Assembly (NCBI GenBank): GCA_039796795.1
Contig: JBDKJA010000001.1
Span: 3,711 to 67,710, forward strand
DNA length: 64,000 nucleotides
Direction of reading: 5' to 3'
DNA from: Pseudomonadota bacterium
Lineage (GTDB): Bacteria > Pseudomonadota > Gammaproteobacteria > Steroidobacterales > Steroidobacteraceae
Shown here one piece after another: positions 9,371-16,993 of this stretch. A program made the translations under genes and the position numbers. The stretch's first letter is position 1. Each line of letters opens with the position of its first letter. Below the pieces are notes generated by a model. That model saw only the letters and a program-made list of their open reading frames with translations, made no database searches and had not been told where the DNA came from.

Positions 9371-10579
9371 TCAGCCGCCCGACTTCATCGACATGCGTTT
9401 GCGAACGATCTCGCCAGCTTCTTGATAAGTAGCAGGCAGTTTGTCCATGAAGGCGTTCGGTTGGAACGTCGGTTGATATTGCTGGAACACCGGCAGCATC
9501 AACGCCATCGGTAACTCTTGCACGCGACGGGTCTTACGGAAGTCAGCGATCGGGATTCGCGCCGTGATGATGTCTTCGTGATGATTATCCGTCTTGGCGA
9601 GCACCGTACCACGCGGGTCGACGATGACCGTTCCTTCATCGCGCGTGCCCGAGGATTCCGGGAAGCCAATGTTGTTTGGTGACACGGCATTACCGACGCC
9701 GAGCGTGTAAAGCCGATTGGCGCGTGCAGTCTGGATGGCCGATTCCGCATTACTGCCGCCCGTCACGGACAAGACGAGAATTTCAGCGCCTTTCAGCCCG
9801 AGGCAGGTGTAGAGCATGGGCTCTGCGCCGACGGCGGTGATAGCGATATTACCGATGTCGGTGCGTGCGACCGGAAGAACGGCATCCCAGCCATACATTT
9901 CGACATAACGGTCGAGCACGTCATAAACCGTGGTGCCGATCAGGGCGCCATCGCCGAAGAGCCCCAAAATATTACGAGCCTTCCACTGCTTGCTGACGAT
10001 TTTGCCGTCCGGACCCACCAACACCGACATATTGATGACGTGATCCGGCCAGTCTTTGTCTTTGGCGTAACAGCCGAAGGAGATGTAGCAGCCATAACGT
10101 TTTGCACGCTCACCGATCGCCTCCGACTCGGGTCCCGGCAACTCGTACGCGATTTGATTGAGTTCCTTGCGAGTCCAAGGCTGAAATCCCTGAATCGGGA
10201 ACTCGTGCATGCAGATGAGATCGACCTTCGATCCCCAGCGGCGCTCGCCGTTCCATTCTTCCGGGGAGTTCTGCGCAAGATCGATCAAGCGCAGCACGCG
10301 TTGCAGGTTGCGCTTGTTGGTGGCGGCCTTGTCCCGCAGATCGATGGAGTAAAGCTGGGACTGGATCGCGGCGACGTTCACGAAGTCCTGTTTCAGCGCC
10401 ACCTTCTCGTACGCACCACGCTGCGCAACCGAGACCGATCCAACGGTGTCGTTTTTGGCTGTGGGTGATGGTGCCGGGCTGTCGGCTCTCGCCGTCGTTG
10501 TCGCGGCCGCAACGCTGGCGGCGGCCACCCCTGTGAGCAGGGCGCGTCGATCGATCTTGGATGAGGTTTTTTTACTCAT
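9371..10579 (-). CDS. twin-arginine-signal protein with a carbon-nitrogen hydrolase (nitrilase superfamily)-like fold; function uncertain
   Basis: The N-terminus SKIDRRALLTGVAAASVAAATTTARA is Tat-type. Blocks LICMHEFP, KQWKARNI and AEPMLYTCLGLKGAEILV resemble CN-hydrolase blocks, but the expected catalytic Cys position reads Thr in my by-eye alignment. Confidence 0.5.
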   Translation of the reverse strand: MSKKTSSKIDRRALLTGVAAASVAAATTTARADSPAPSPTAKNDTVGSVSVAQRGAYEKVALKQDFVNVAAIQSQLYSIDLRDKAATNKRNLQRVLRLIDLAQNSPEEWNGERRWGSKVDLICMHEFPIQGFQPWTRKELNQIAYELPGPESEAIGERAKRYGCYISFGCYAKDKDWPDHVINMSVLVGPDGKIVSKQWKARNILGLFGDGALIGTTVYDVLDRYVEMYGWDAVLPVARTDIGNIAITAVGAEPMLYTCLGLKGAEILVLSVTGGSNAESAIQTARANRLYTLGVGNAVSPNNIGFPESSGTRDEGTVIVDPRGTVLAKTDNHHEDIITARIPIADFRKTRRVQELPMALMLPVFQQYQPTFQPNAFMDKLPATYQEAGEIVRKRMSMKSGG

Positions 10580-10814
10580 GGCTCTGGATCCTCTGGCCCC
10601 AAGCGACCGCTGGATGGTCGATTAAGGGCACTTAATTGAGAATTAGTCTTATTAAAACATGTCTCGGCGATGCCATCCGTGTTCCAATCACGCCCCTGTT
10701 GAACGGTGATGTCAGGGAAGGGGGAACGTCACTCGGTTTTCACGACCGCAACAGGGCACGTTTCGCATAGCGAAACCCAAAACACAAGTGCATGGATGTC
10801 GAGGAAGCTAGATC

Positions 10815-13331
10815 ATGAAACAACCACGTTCACCCCACGGTCTTGTCGCGGCTCACCTGGCCGCGATGCTCGCTTTCACTGCCGGCTCTCACTTGTCGGC
10901 GCAGCAATCGGTCGAAGCCGACGCCGATTTTGCTGTCCTCGAAGAGGTGGTGGTTACCGCCCGTAAGACGAGCGAACAACTGCTCGATGTGCCGCTCGCG
11001 ATCACCGCGTTTACTGCCGAGGCCATCGAGTCTCGCGGTATTTCGAATCTCGATGACGTTGCGGCTTTCACGCCGGGTCTCACCTTCTCGAACGTGCTCG
11101 GTGAGTTCTTACCGGCTCCGGTGATTCGTGGTGTTGCTCCCATCGATATCTTCGGCGAGCTCAACACGGCGATCTTCCTCGATGGCGTTTACGTCGCCGG
11201 TCGCGAGGGCATCAACTTCAATCAACTGGATCTCGAGCGCATCGAGGTGGTGAAGGGTCCGCAGGCCGCGCTGTATGGGCGCAATGCTTTTAGCGGTGCC
11301 ATCAACTATGTCACGGCGCGTCCGAGCAACGAGTTCTCAGGTAAAGCGACGGTGACGGTCGGTAACGACGGTAAGCGCTTGGCAGCACTGACCGTCAGCG
11401 GACCTTTGACGGAGGCCGGCCTCTCGGGTCGTCTGTCGGTGACGCAGGACGAGTGGGATGGTTCGTACGAGAATCAATACAGTGGTGGCGGACGCCGCGA
11501 GGATATCGGCGGGTATCGTTACCGTACGCTCAACGGTTCGCTGATCTGGGCGCCGAGCGATACGTTTGAAGCTCAGCTCGGGCTTTACATCTCGGACGAT
11601 CGGATTGCGAGTTCGGCTGCTAACTCGTTAGCGGCGAATTGCGAAGATCGTCGCGTACGCGACATCAATCTCGGCGTTGCCGCGCCGCGCTCGAGCCGCG
11701 TGCTCAACTATTGCGGCGAACTGCCTTCGGTCGATCAGGATTCTTTGGCAGTCGAAAGTGGTGCCACGGGGGAGAAGCGCCATGTCTCCCGCGGCAACCT
11801 CAAGTTGCATTGGGATATGGCCAATGGCGCAACGCTCGATGCGATCAGCGGGTTCTCCCGCGTGACCCAAGGCTTCGTCGTTGATGGTAATCGCAGCTCA
11901 TCGCAGCCGTTGATCTACACCTATCAGCCGACGCCGACGCGCACGATTCCGGGGCTCGGTCTCGTCACGGGGCCGACCAAGCAATTCACGACCGGCTTGT
12001 TGCAGATCGGTGGTGGCGTCGAGGTCGAAGAAATCAGTCAAGAGCTTCGTTACGCGAGCGATCGCGAGGCGGCGCTGCGGTATACCGTTGGCGCCTATTA
12101 CTACGATCGCGAATCGGCCGAAGGTGTCGATGGTGTGTTGGCAACCGCCAAGTTGCCAGCGGATTTCTATTCCTTCTGTCTTGCCTGTACCGCACTTGGC
12201 CCAACGACGGTACGCGATTTCGCTCCTGGCGCCGGTAACGCGGCATTCCTGCCGTACTTTACCGACCCGCAGGGCGGCGGAAGGCTCGAGCCCGTGTTCT
12301 TCGAGAACGCGGATGCCCCGGCTGTATTTGCCGCGCTCGAGTACGACTTCACGGACAGGCTCACCGGCTCGGTCGATGCGCGCTACACGGAAGAGAATCG
12401 CTCTTTCCGCGATACCCGCACCAAAGTCCAAGGTGAAGAAACGTGGGATTTGTTGAGCTGGCGCGGAACGCTGCGCTTCAAGCCCTTGGAAAATGTGACC
12501 ACGTATCTCGCCGTTGCACACTCCGAGAAGTCGGGCGATTTTGATCCGACGACAGTGCGATTGTTGAGTGCACCGACCGTCGATGTGACGCTGCCGGGCG
12601 CCTTCGATGCCGAAACTTTGATGAGTTACGAGTTCGGTGTGAAGTCCGAATACTTTGATCGCCGCCTCGGTATCGAACTCGACATTTATCATCTCGATTG
12701 GTCGGACATCGTCATTCCTCAGGTGGTCTCGAACATCGGTGGTCAGGACATCGTGACGCCGACCGGTATCAACGTGAATGCCGGCGATGCCTCGGTCGAC
12801 GGTGTGGAGTTTTCGATCGTTGCGCGACCGGTTCGCGGTTTCGATCTGAACTTCGGTATTTCTTATGCGGATCCGAAGTACGACAACGCACGCGTCGACA
12901 GCTTCGTTGATTTCCCGACTTACGCGCCGACCGGTGACATTTCGGGCAATCAAATCTTACGCACTTCGAAAGTGCAGGCGAATGCTGGCTTCCAGCTGAC
13001 GCGAGCGGTGGGCAGTGATCGCGACTGGTTCTTCCGAACGGATGTCTCCCATCGTGGCAAGCAGTTCGCGGATGCATCGAACCAGACCATCGTGCCGCGT
13101 TCGACCAACGTCAACGCCAGCATGGGTTTACGTGGCGATGCTTGGACGGTGGAGTTGTGGGGACGTAACTTGACCGGCGAAGACGCACCGACCGGTGCGT
13201 TTCGTGACGTCTTCTTCAGCAATACGTTGCCGACCGGCGTGATCTCGGGCGGAACCTTCTTCCCCTTCCGCTACACCGTCGCCCACCCGCGTCTGACGAC
13301 CTGGGGTTTGACGATGCGCTACAGCTTCTAA
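10815..13331 (+). CDS. TonB-dependent outer-membrane receptor
   Basis: 838 aa with a signal peptide. The plug motif is VVVTARKTSEQLLDVPLAITAF, and the C-terminal ...LTMRYSF ends in an aromatic residue. Confidence 0.95.
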   Translation: MKQPRSPHGLVAAHLAAMLAFTAGSHLSAQQSVEADADFAVLEEVVVTARKTSEQLLDVPLAITAFTAEAIESRGISNLDDVAAFTPGLTFSNVLGEFLPAPVIRGVAPIDIFGELNTAIFLDGVYVAGREGINFNQLDLERIEVVKGPQAALYGRNAFSGAINYVTARPSNEFSGKATVTVGNDGKRLAALTVSGPLTEAGLSGRLSVTQDEWDGSYENQYSGGGRREDIGGYRYRTLNGSLIWAPSDTFEAQLGLYISDDRIASSAANSLAANCEDRRVRDINLGVAAPRSSRVLNYCGELPSVDQDSLAVESGATGEKRHVSRGNLKLHWDMANGATLDAISGFSRVTQGFVVDGNRSSSQPLIYTYQPTPTRTIPGLGLVTGPTKQFTTGLLQIGGGVEVEEISQELRYASDREAALRYTVGAYYYDRESAEGVDGVLATAKLPADFYSFCLACTALGPTTVRDFAPGAGNAAFLPYFTDPQGGGRLEPVFFENADAPAVFAALEYDFTDRLTGSVDARYTEENRSFRDTRTKVQGEETWDLLSWRGTLRFKPLENVTTYLAVAHSEKSGDFDPTTVRLLSAPTVDVTLPGAFDAETLMSYEFGVKSEYFDRRLGIELDIYHLDWSDIVIPQVVSNIGGQDIVTPTGINVNAGDASVDGVEFSIVARPVRGFDLNFGISYADPKYDNARVDSFVDFPTYAPTGDISGNQILRTSKVQANAGFQLTRAVGSDRDWFFRTDVSHRGKQFADASNQTIVPRSTNVNASMGLRGDAWTVELWGRNLTGEDAPTGAFRDVFFSNTLPTGVISGGTFFPFRYTVAHPRLTTWGLTMRYSF

Positions 13332-13387
13332 GCAGGCTATGCTCCTCGTCATGCACGAGGACGTGTCTGCGATAGTCTCCAAAGCGA

Positions 13388-13425
13388 TTCCGCCACGGCC
13401 TGTGCCGTGGCGGAAACGTTTTTTC
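13388..13425 (+). terminator. intrinsic terminator of the TonB-dependent receptor gene
   Basis: TTCCGCCACGG-cctgtg-CCGTGGCGGAA (11-bp perfect stem) followed by acgTTTTTTC. A second small hairpin (13343-13361) precedes it. Confidence 0.8.
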
Positions 13426-13508
13426 TGGTTTCTGATTTTGCGCATCGCCCGCTACCGTGCACTTCGTGACTGGATTTCGAAGCGCTGGTTGAGATAGGGG
13501 TGAGTTCG

Positions 13509-13949
13509 ATGAAAACCGTTTCCATGGTGTTGGCGTTATTGGTCGGTGCAGGCCTCGTCGTGCAGGTGGCCTTCAATATGGCCGTCAGCCGTGCACTCGG
13601 CAGCGCGCCGTTGGCAGCACTCGGGAACTTCCTAGTCGGTACCGTATTGTTGGTGCTGCTGTTGACCGCGTTTCGGGTCGATTGGCCGTCGCGCGAGCAG
13701 TTTTCAGCGGTGCCTTGGTGGGCGTGGCTCGGCGGCACACTTGGTGCCGCCTATGTGGCGACGGCCACGTTCACCGGGCCACGACTTGGGGCGCTGTTGC
13801 TGCTGGCTTTGACGGTCGGCGGACAAATGATCGCCTCCATCATCGTCGATCACTATGGCTTGCTCGGCTTCGCGCGCGAGCCTGTGGATGCCACGCGTCT
13901 CGTCGGCGTCGCCTTGTTGCTGATCGGGATCTTCTTGATCGCCCGCTAG
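13509..13949 (+). CDS. DMT-superfamily membrane protein (DUF606/YdcZ-like)
   Basis: About 146 aa and four to five TM segments. The sequence ...GGQMIASIIVDHYGLLGF... is typical of YdcZ-type proteins. ATG 13509 is preceded by AGGGGTGAG. Confidence 0.8.
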   Translation: MKTVSMVLALLVGAGLVVQVAFNMAVSRALGSAPLAALGNFLVGTVLLVLLLTAFRVDWPSREQFSAVPWWAWLGGTLGAAYVATATFTGPRLGALLLLALTVGGQMIASIIVDHYGLLGFAREPVDATRLVGVALLLIGIFLIAR

Positions 13950-13962
13950 GGCGAGTCGTTCG

Positions 13963-14451
13963 TCAGGACGCAGTCGTCTCGCAATCGCTGCAAAGACCCT
14001 TCAATTCGAGCGAACTCGGCTCGATGCGAAAACCGATTTCCCGCGAGCGCTCGGTTAGCAGCGCGTTGATTGCCGGATCGTCGATCTCCGCAACCCGATG
14101 ACACCGGCGACAAACAATGAATTGAGCGATGTGCGGATGGGTGGGTTCGCCACAGCCGACGAAGGCATTGAGTGAGTCGATTCGATGCACAAGCCCCGCA
14201 TCGATCAGGAAATCGAGCGCACGATAGACGGTTGGTGGTGCGGCCTTATCCCGCTCTTTGGCGAGTTCCGCGAGGATCTGATACGCGCCGATCGGTTCGT
14301 GCGAGCGCCAGACGATTTCGAGTACGCGTCGGCGGATCGACGTCAAATTCAGGCCGCGCTCCTCACAGAGGCTGGCGGCGGTATCGAGCGCATGCTGGAT
14401 GCAGCTCTGATGGTCGTGAGGAGAGACAGGTGACTCGCCGGTTTTGGCCAT
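13963..14451 (-). CDS. zur: zinc uptake regulator Zur (Fur family)
   Basis: APPTVYRALDFLIDAGLVHRIDS closely matches E. coli Zur (KPPTVYRALDFLLEQGFVHKVES). CxxC pairs are present (CRRCHR, CSDC). The start is either ATG 14451 or ATG 14466. Confidence 0.85.
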   Translation of the reverse strand: MAKTGESPVSPHDHQSCIQHALDTAASLCEERGLNLTSIRRRVLEIVWRSHEPIGAYQILAELAKERDKAAPPTVYRALDFLIDAGLVHRIDSLNAFVGCGEPTHPHIAQFIVCRRCHRVAEIDDPAINALLTERSREIGFRIEPSSLELKGLCSDCETTAS

Positions 14452-14453
14452 GC

Positions 14454-14471
14454 CGTACGTTATCATGTACG
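14454..14471. promoter_or_regulatory. imperfect palindrome in the zur/COG0523 divergent gap (candidate Zur operator)
   Basis: CGTACGTTATCATGTACG, with 7 of 9 symmetric pairs. It occupies nearly the whole 9-24 bp between the divergent start codons. It does not match the classic GTTAT..ATAAC Zur box well. Confidence 0.3.
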
Positions 14472-14475
14472 CACT

Positions 14476-15936
14476 ATGGCTACCACGGATCGGGTACCCG
14501 TCACCGTCCTGACGGGATTTCTGGGGTCTGGAAAGACCACGTTACTCAACCGCATTTTGTCGGAAAATCACGGCAAGCGGATCGCCGTCATCGAAAACGA
14601 GTTCGGCGAGGTCGGCATCGATCACCAACTCGTTATCGGCGCCGAAGAGGAAATCTTCGAAACCAATAACGGCTGCATTTGCTGCACCGTGCGCGGTGAC
14701 TTGCTGCGTATTCTCGGGCAGCTGCTCAAGCGCCGCGATAAATTCGACTACATCATCGTAGAAACAACAGGTATGGCCGATCCGGGCCCTGTTGCTCAAA
14801 CCTTCTTCCTTGATGACGAATTCAAACAGCAGTTTTTGCTGGATGCGATCGTCACCGTCATCGACGCGCACCATATCGAAAAGCACCTCGATGAAATGAA
14901 AGAACCAGGTGAGCAAGTCGCCTTTGCCGACGTGATCCTTCTCAATAAAGTCGATCTCGTGAGCGAAGCGGAGTTGGAGCGTATCGAGCGGCGTATCCGC
15001 GCCATCAACGGCACGGCCAAAATTTTCCGCACTCGTAATGCCGACGTACCCATCGAGCGCGTACTCGATGTTGGCGCTTTCGATCTGAATCGCGCGCTGG
15101 CCGTCGATTCGGCATTTCTAGAGCCGCAATATCCTTTCGAGTGGGCCGGGCTTTACGATCTTGCCGCGGGTCGCCACGAACTCCGAACAGGGAGTGATGC
15201 ACACGAGCATCATCACGAGCATCACCATCACGATGAGAATTGCGATCACGCGCATCATGAGCATCATGCACATGATCATGGACATCACGGTCATGACCAT
15301 CACGATCACGATCACGATCATGCACACGAGGGCGGACTGGCGGTCGCCTTGTTGACGGCCGGAGCGGGTGAGCCTGCGGCGGTTATCGCCGACAACATCG
15401 AGCCCGCCGTTCGCGCTTTCGCTGAGGATGGTGTGCAGATTGATTGTGGCGGTACGCTGAAACCTGCTACTGCGCCTTATCGCATCGACGTGGGACACGA
15501 CGGCAGCCACTTTCATATCGATATCGAACGTGCGGGCCGTTATGTGCTGGTCGTCGAGCACGCACCGATCGAATTTGGTTTACGTATCGAGGGTGCCAAG
15601 CCGATCGTCGAGCGACGCTTTGCATCACACCATCACGACGAGGAGATTTCGTCGATCGGTTTGACCGATCCGCGTGCGGTCGATCCCAACAAGCTTAACG
15701 ATTGGCTGTCCTACCTTCTCAAAAGCCGAGGCGCCGATATCTTTCGAATGAAGGGCGTCGTTTCCATCAAGGGCGAGCCGCGCCGTTACGTCTTTCACGG
15801 CGTACACATGATGTTCGACGGTCAACTGGAGCGGCCGTGGCCGCCCGGTGTCGATCGAGTGAATACATTGGTGTTCATCGGACGCAATCTCGATCGTCAG
15901 GAGCTCGAGGCAGGTTTCCACTCCTGCTTCGCGTGA
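14476..15936 (+). CDS. COG0523-family G3E GTPase (CobW/ZigA/YeiR-like putative zinc metallochaperone) with a His-rich tract and an extra insert
   Basis: P-loop GFLGSGKTT, CxCC motif GCICCT, and NKVDL. The tract DAHEHHHEHHHHDENCDHAHHEHHAHDHGHHGHDHHDHDHDHAHE spans 15196-15330. The CobW_C-like end is RMKGVVSIKGEPRRYVFHGVH...LVFIGRNLD. Confidence 0.9.
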   Translation: MATTDRVPVTVLTGFLGSGKTTLLNRILSENHGKRIAVIENEFGEVGIDHQLVIGAEEEIFETNNGCICCTVRGDLLRILGQLLKRRDKFDYIIVETTGMADPGPVAQTFFLDDEFKQQFLLDAIVTVIDAHHIEKHLDEMKEPGEQVAFADVILLNKVDLVSEAELERIERRIRAINGTAKIFRTRNADVPIERVLDVGAFDLNRALAVDSAFLEPQYPFEWAGLYDLAAGRHELRTGSDAHEHHHEHHHHDENCDHAHHEHHAHDHGHHGHDHHDHDHDHAHEGGLAVALLTAGAGEPAAVIADNIEPAVRAFAEDGVQIDCGGTLKPATAPYRIDVGHDGSHFHIDIERAGRYVLVVEHAPIEFGLRIEGAKPIVERRFASHHHDEEISSIGLTDPRAVDPNKLNDWLSYLLKSRGADIFRMKGVVSIKGEPRRYVFHGVHMMFDGQLERPWPPGVDRVNTLVFIGRNLDRQELEAGFHSCFA

Positions 15937-15940
15937 TGTC

Positions 15941-16972
15941 ATGAAGTCACCTCCGGCACTACTCGAACCACGCGGTACGGCTGTTCTCGACGATTACATC
16001 GTCGATATCGCTTGGGCGGCTGATGGCAGTCGTCTCGCGGTCGCCGGTGGGGAAGGCAAGGTTTGTCGCATCGAAAACTCCAGCGATGCGCTATCCGTGT
16101 CAGAGGTGGGTCAGCATGGGCTTGGCGCGTTGGCCGTCGCTTGGCATCCCAAGCAGGCGCTCTTCGTCAGTAGCGGGCAGGATGGCGAGCTGCGGCTCTA
16201 CGATGCCATCGACGGAAAAGTTCTAGCACGACAGCGGCCTTCGAAGTCGTGGACGACCCACCTCACGTTCTCCCCCGATGGCTCACAGTTGGCGAGCGCA
16301 GCGGGCAAACAGATTTCCCTTTGGAACTCGCAACTCGAGTCGCAGCATGCACTGCCATCACTCGAGGCGACGGTTGCAGCACTCGGCTTTGACAAGAGTG
16401 GCCGTGATCTGGCGGCCGCTATCAATGGCGGCGTCGTGGTGCATCGACTCGAGGGGCCGCGTTACCCGGTTCGTCACTATCGATGGGCGGCGCCGTGCAT
16501 CACCGTCAACTTCAGCGGTAACGGCAAATTTCTTGCCGCCGGCACTCAAGATGGATCCGTGCACTTTTGGTACCTCGCGACAGGGCGGGATTCGCAGATG
16601 CGCGGTTATCCCGGCAAGGTCGACCAGCTCGGATGGAGCGGCGACTCGCGTTATCTCGCCACCGCTGCTGGCGATCGTGTCGTGGTCTGGGATTTCGGTG
16701 GTAAAGGACCTGAGGGATCGTCACCGCAGCAACTGGCAGGCCATACGGATCGCATCGAATGTCTCGCCTATCAACCACGCGGAAATTTTTTGGCGACGGC
16801 GGGTCTCGATTGGCGGTTGTCGCTCTGGTTGCCGGGTAAGTTTCCTGCGGCGATCGACGCCCATCTCACTGACTCCGAGCCCTCGTGCCTGCGCTGGTCG
16901 CCGGATGGGCGCTTTCTGGCGCTCGGCGAAAGAAAAGGTAAGCTGTCGATCTTCGAACTGGTTCGGATCTGA
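15941..16972 (+). CDS. WD40-repeat (beta-propeller) protein
   Basis: 343 aa with repeated ...DGSRLA/SPDGSQLAS/GNGKFLAAGTQDGSVHFW/GDSRYLATAAGDRVVVWD/RGNFLATAGLDWRLSLW/SPDGRFLALGERKGKLSIF blades. The start lies 4 nt after the COG0523 stop. Confidence 0.85.
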   Translation: MKSPPALLEPRGTAVLDDYIVDIAWAADGSRLAVAGGEGKVCRIENSSDALSVSEVGQHGLGALAVAWHPKQALFVSSGQDGELRLYDAIDGKVLARQRPSKSWTTHLTFSPDGSQLASAAGKQISLWNSQLESQHALPSLEATVAALGFDKSGRDLAAAINGGVVVHRLEGPRYPVRHYRWAAPCITVNFSGNGKFLAAGTQDGSVHFWYLATGRDSQMRGYPGKVDQLGWSGDSRYLATAAGDRVVVWDFGGKGPEGSSPQQLAGHTDRIECLAYQPRGNFLATAGLDWRLSLWLPGKFPAAIDAHLTDSEPSCLRWSPDGRFLALGERKGKLSIFELVRI

Positions 16973-16993
16973 GCGCGCGGGAGGCGCCGTTCC

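Noticed and set aside
10580-10814. Possible cobalamin riboswitch upstream of the TonB-dependent receptor (and at 27465-27598 upstream of the B12-dependent mutase).
   Set aside because: I could not find a B12-box-like core or the expected multi-stem organisation. An Rfam scan would be needed to exclude it formally.
11898-12953. A 351-aa ORF antisense to the TonB-dependent receptor gene. Similar long shadow ORFs occur at 27728-28675(-), 50572-51216(-), 20085-21190(+), 8038-8739(-), 16278-16997(+), 4969-5589(+) and 30685-31161(-).
   Set aside because: They lie entirely inside genes with strong family signatures, and their translations are Arg/Ala/Gly/Pro-rich low-information sequence with no motifs. 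This is typical of stop-codon-poor alternative frames in GC-rich DNA.
15005-15561. ORFs on both strands rich in M/I/V/H/D (e.g. MIVIVIVMVMTVMSMIMCMMLMM...; 15005-15325(-), 15118-15561(-), 15161-15355(+)).
   Set aside because: They are mirror or shifted readings of the CAY/GAY codon repeat that encodes the His/Asp tract of the COG0523 protein, not independent genes.
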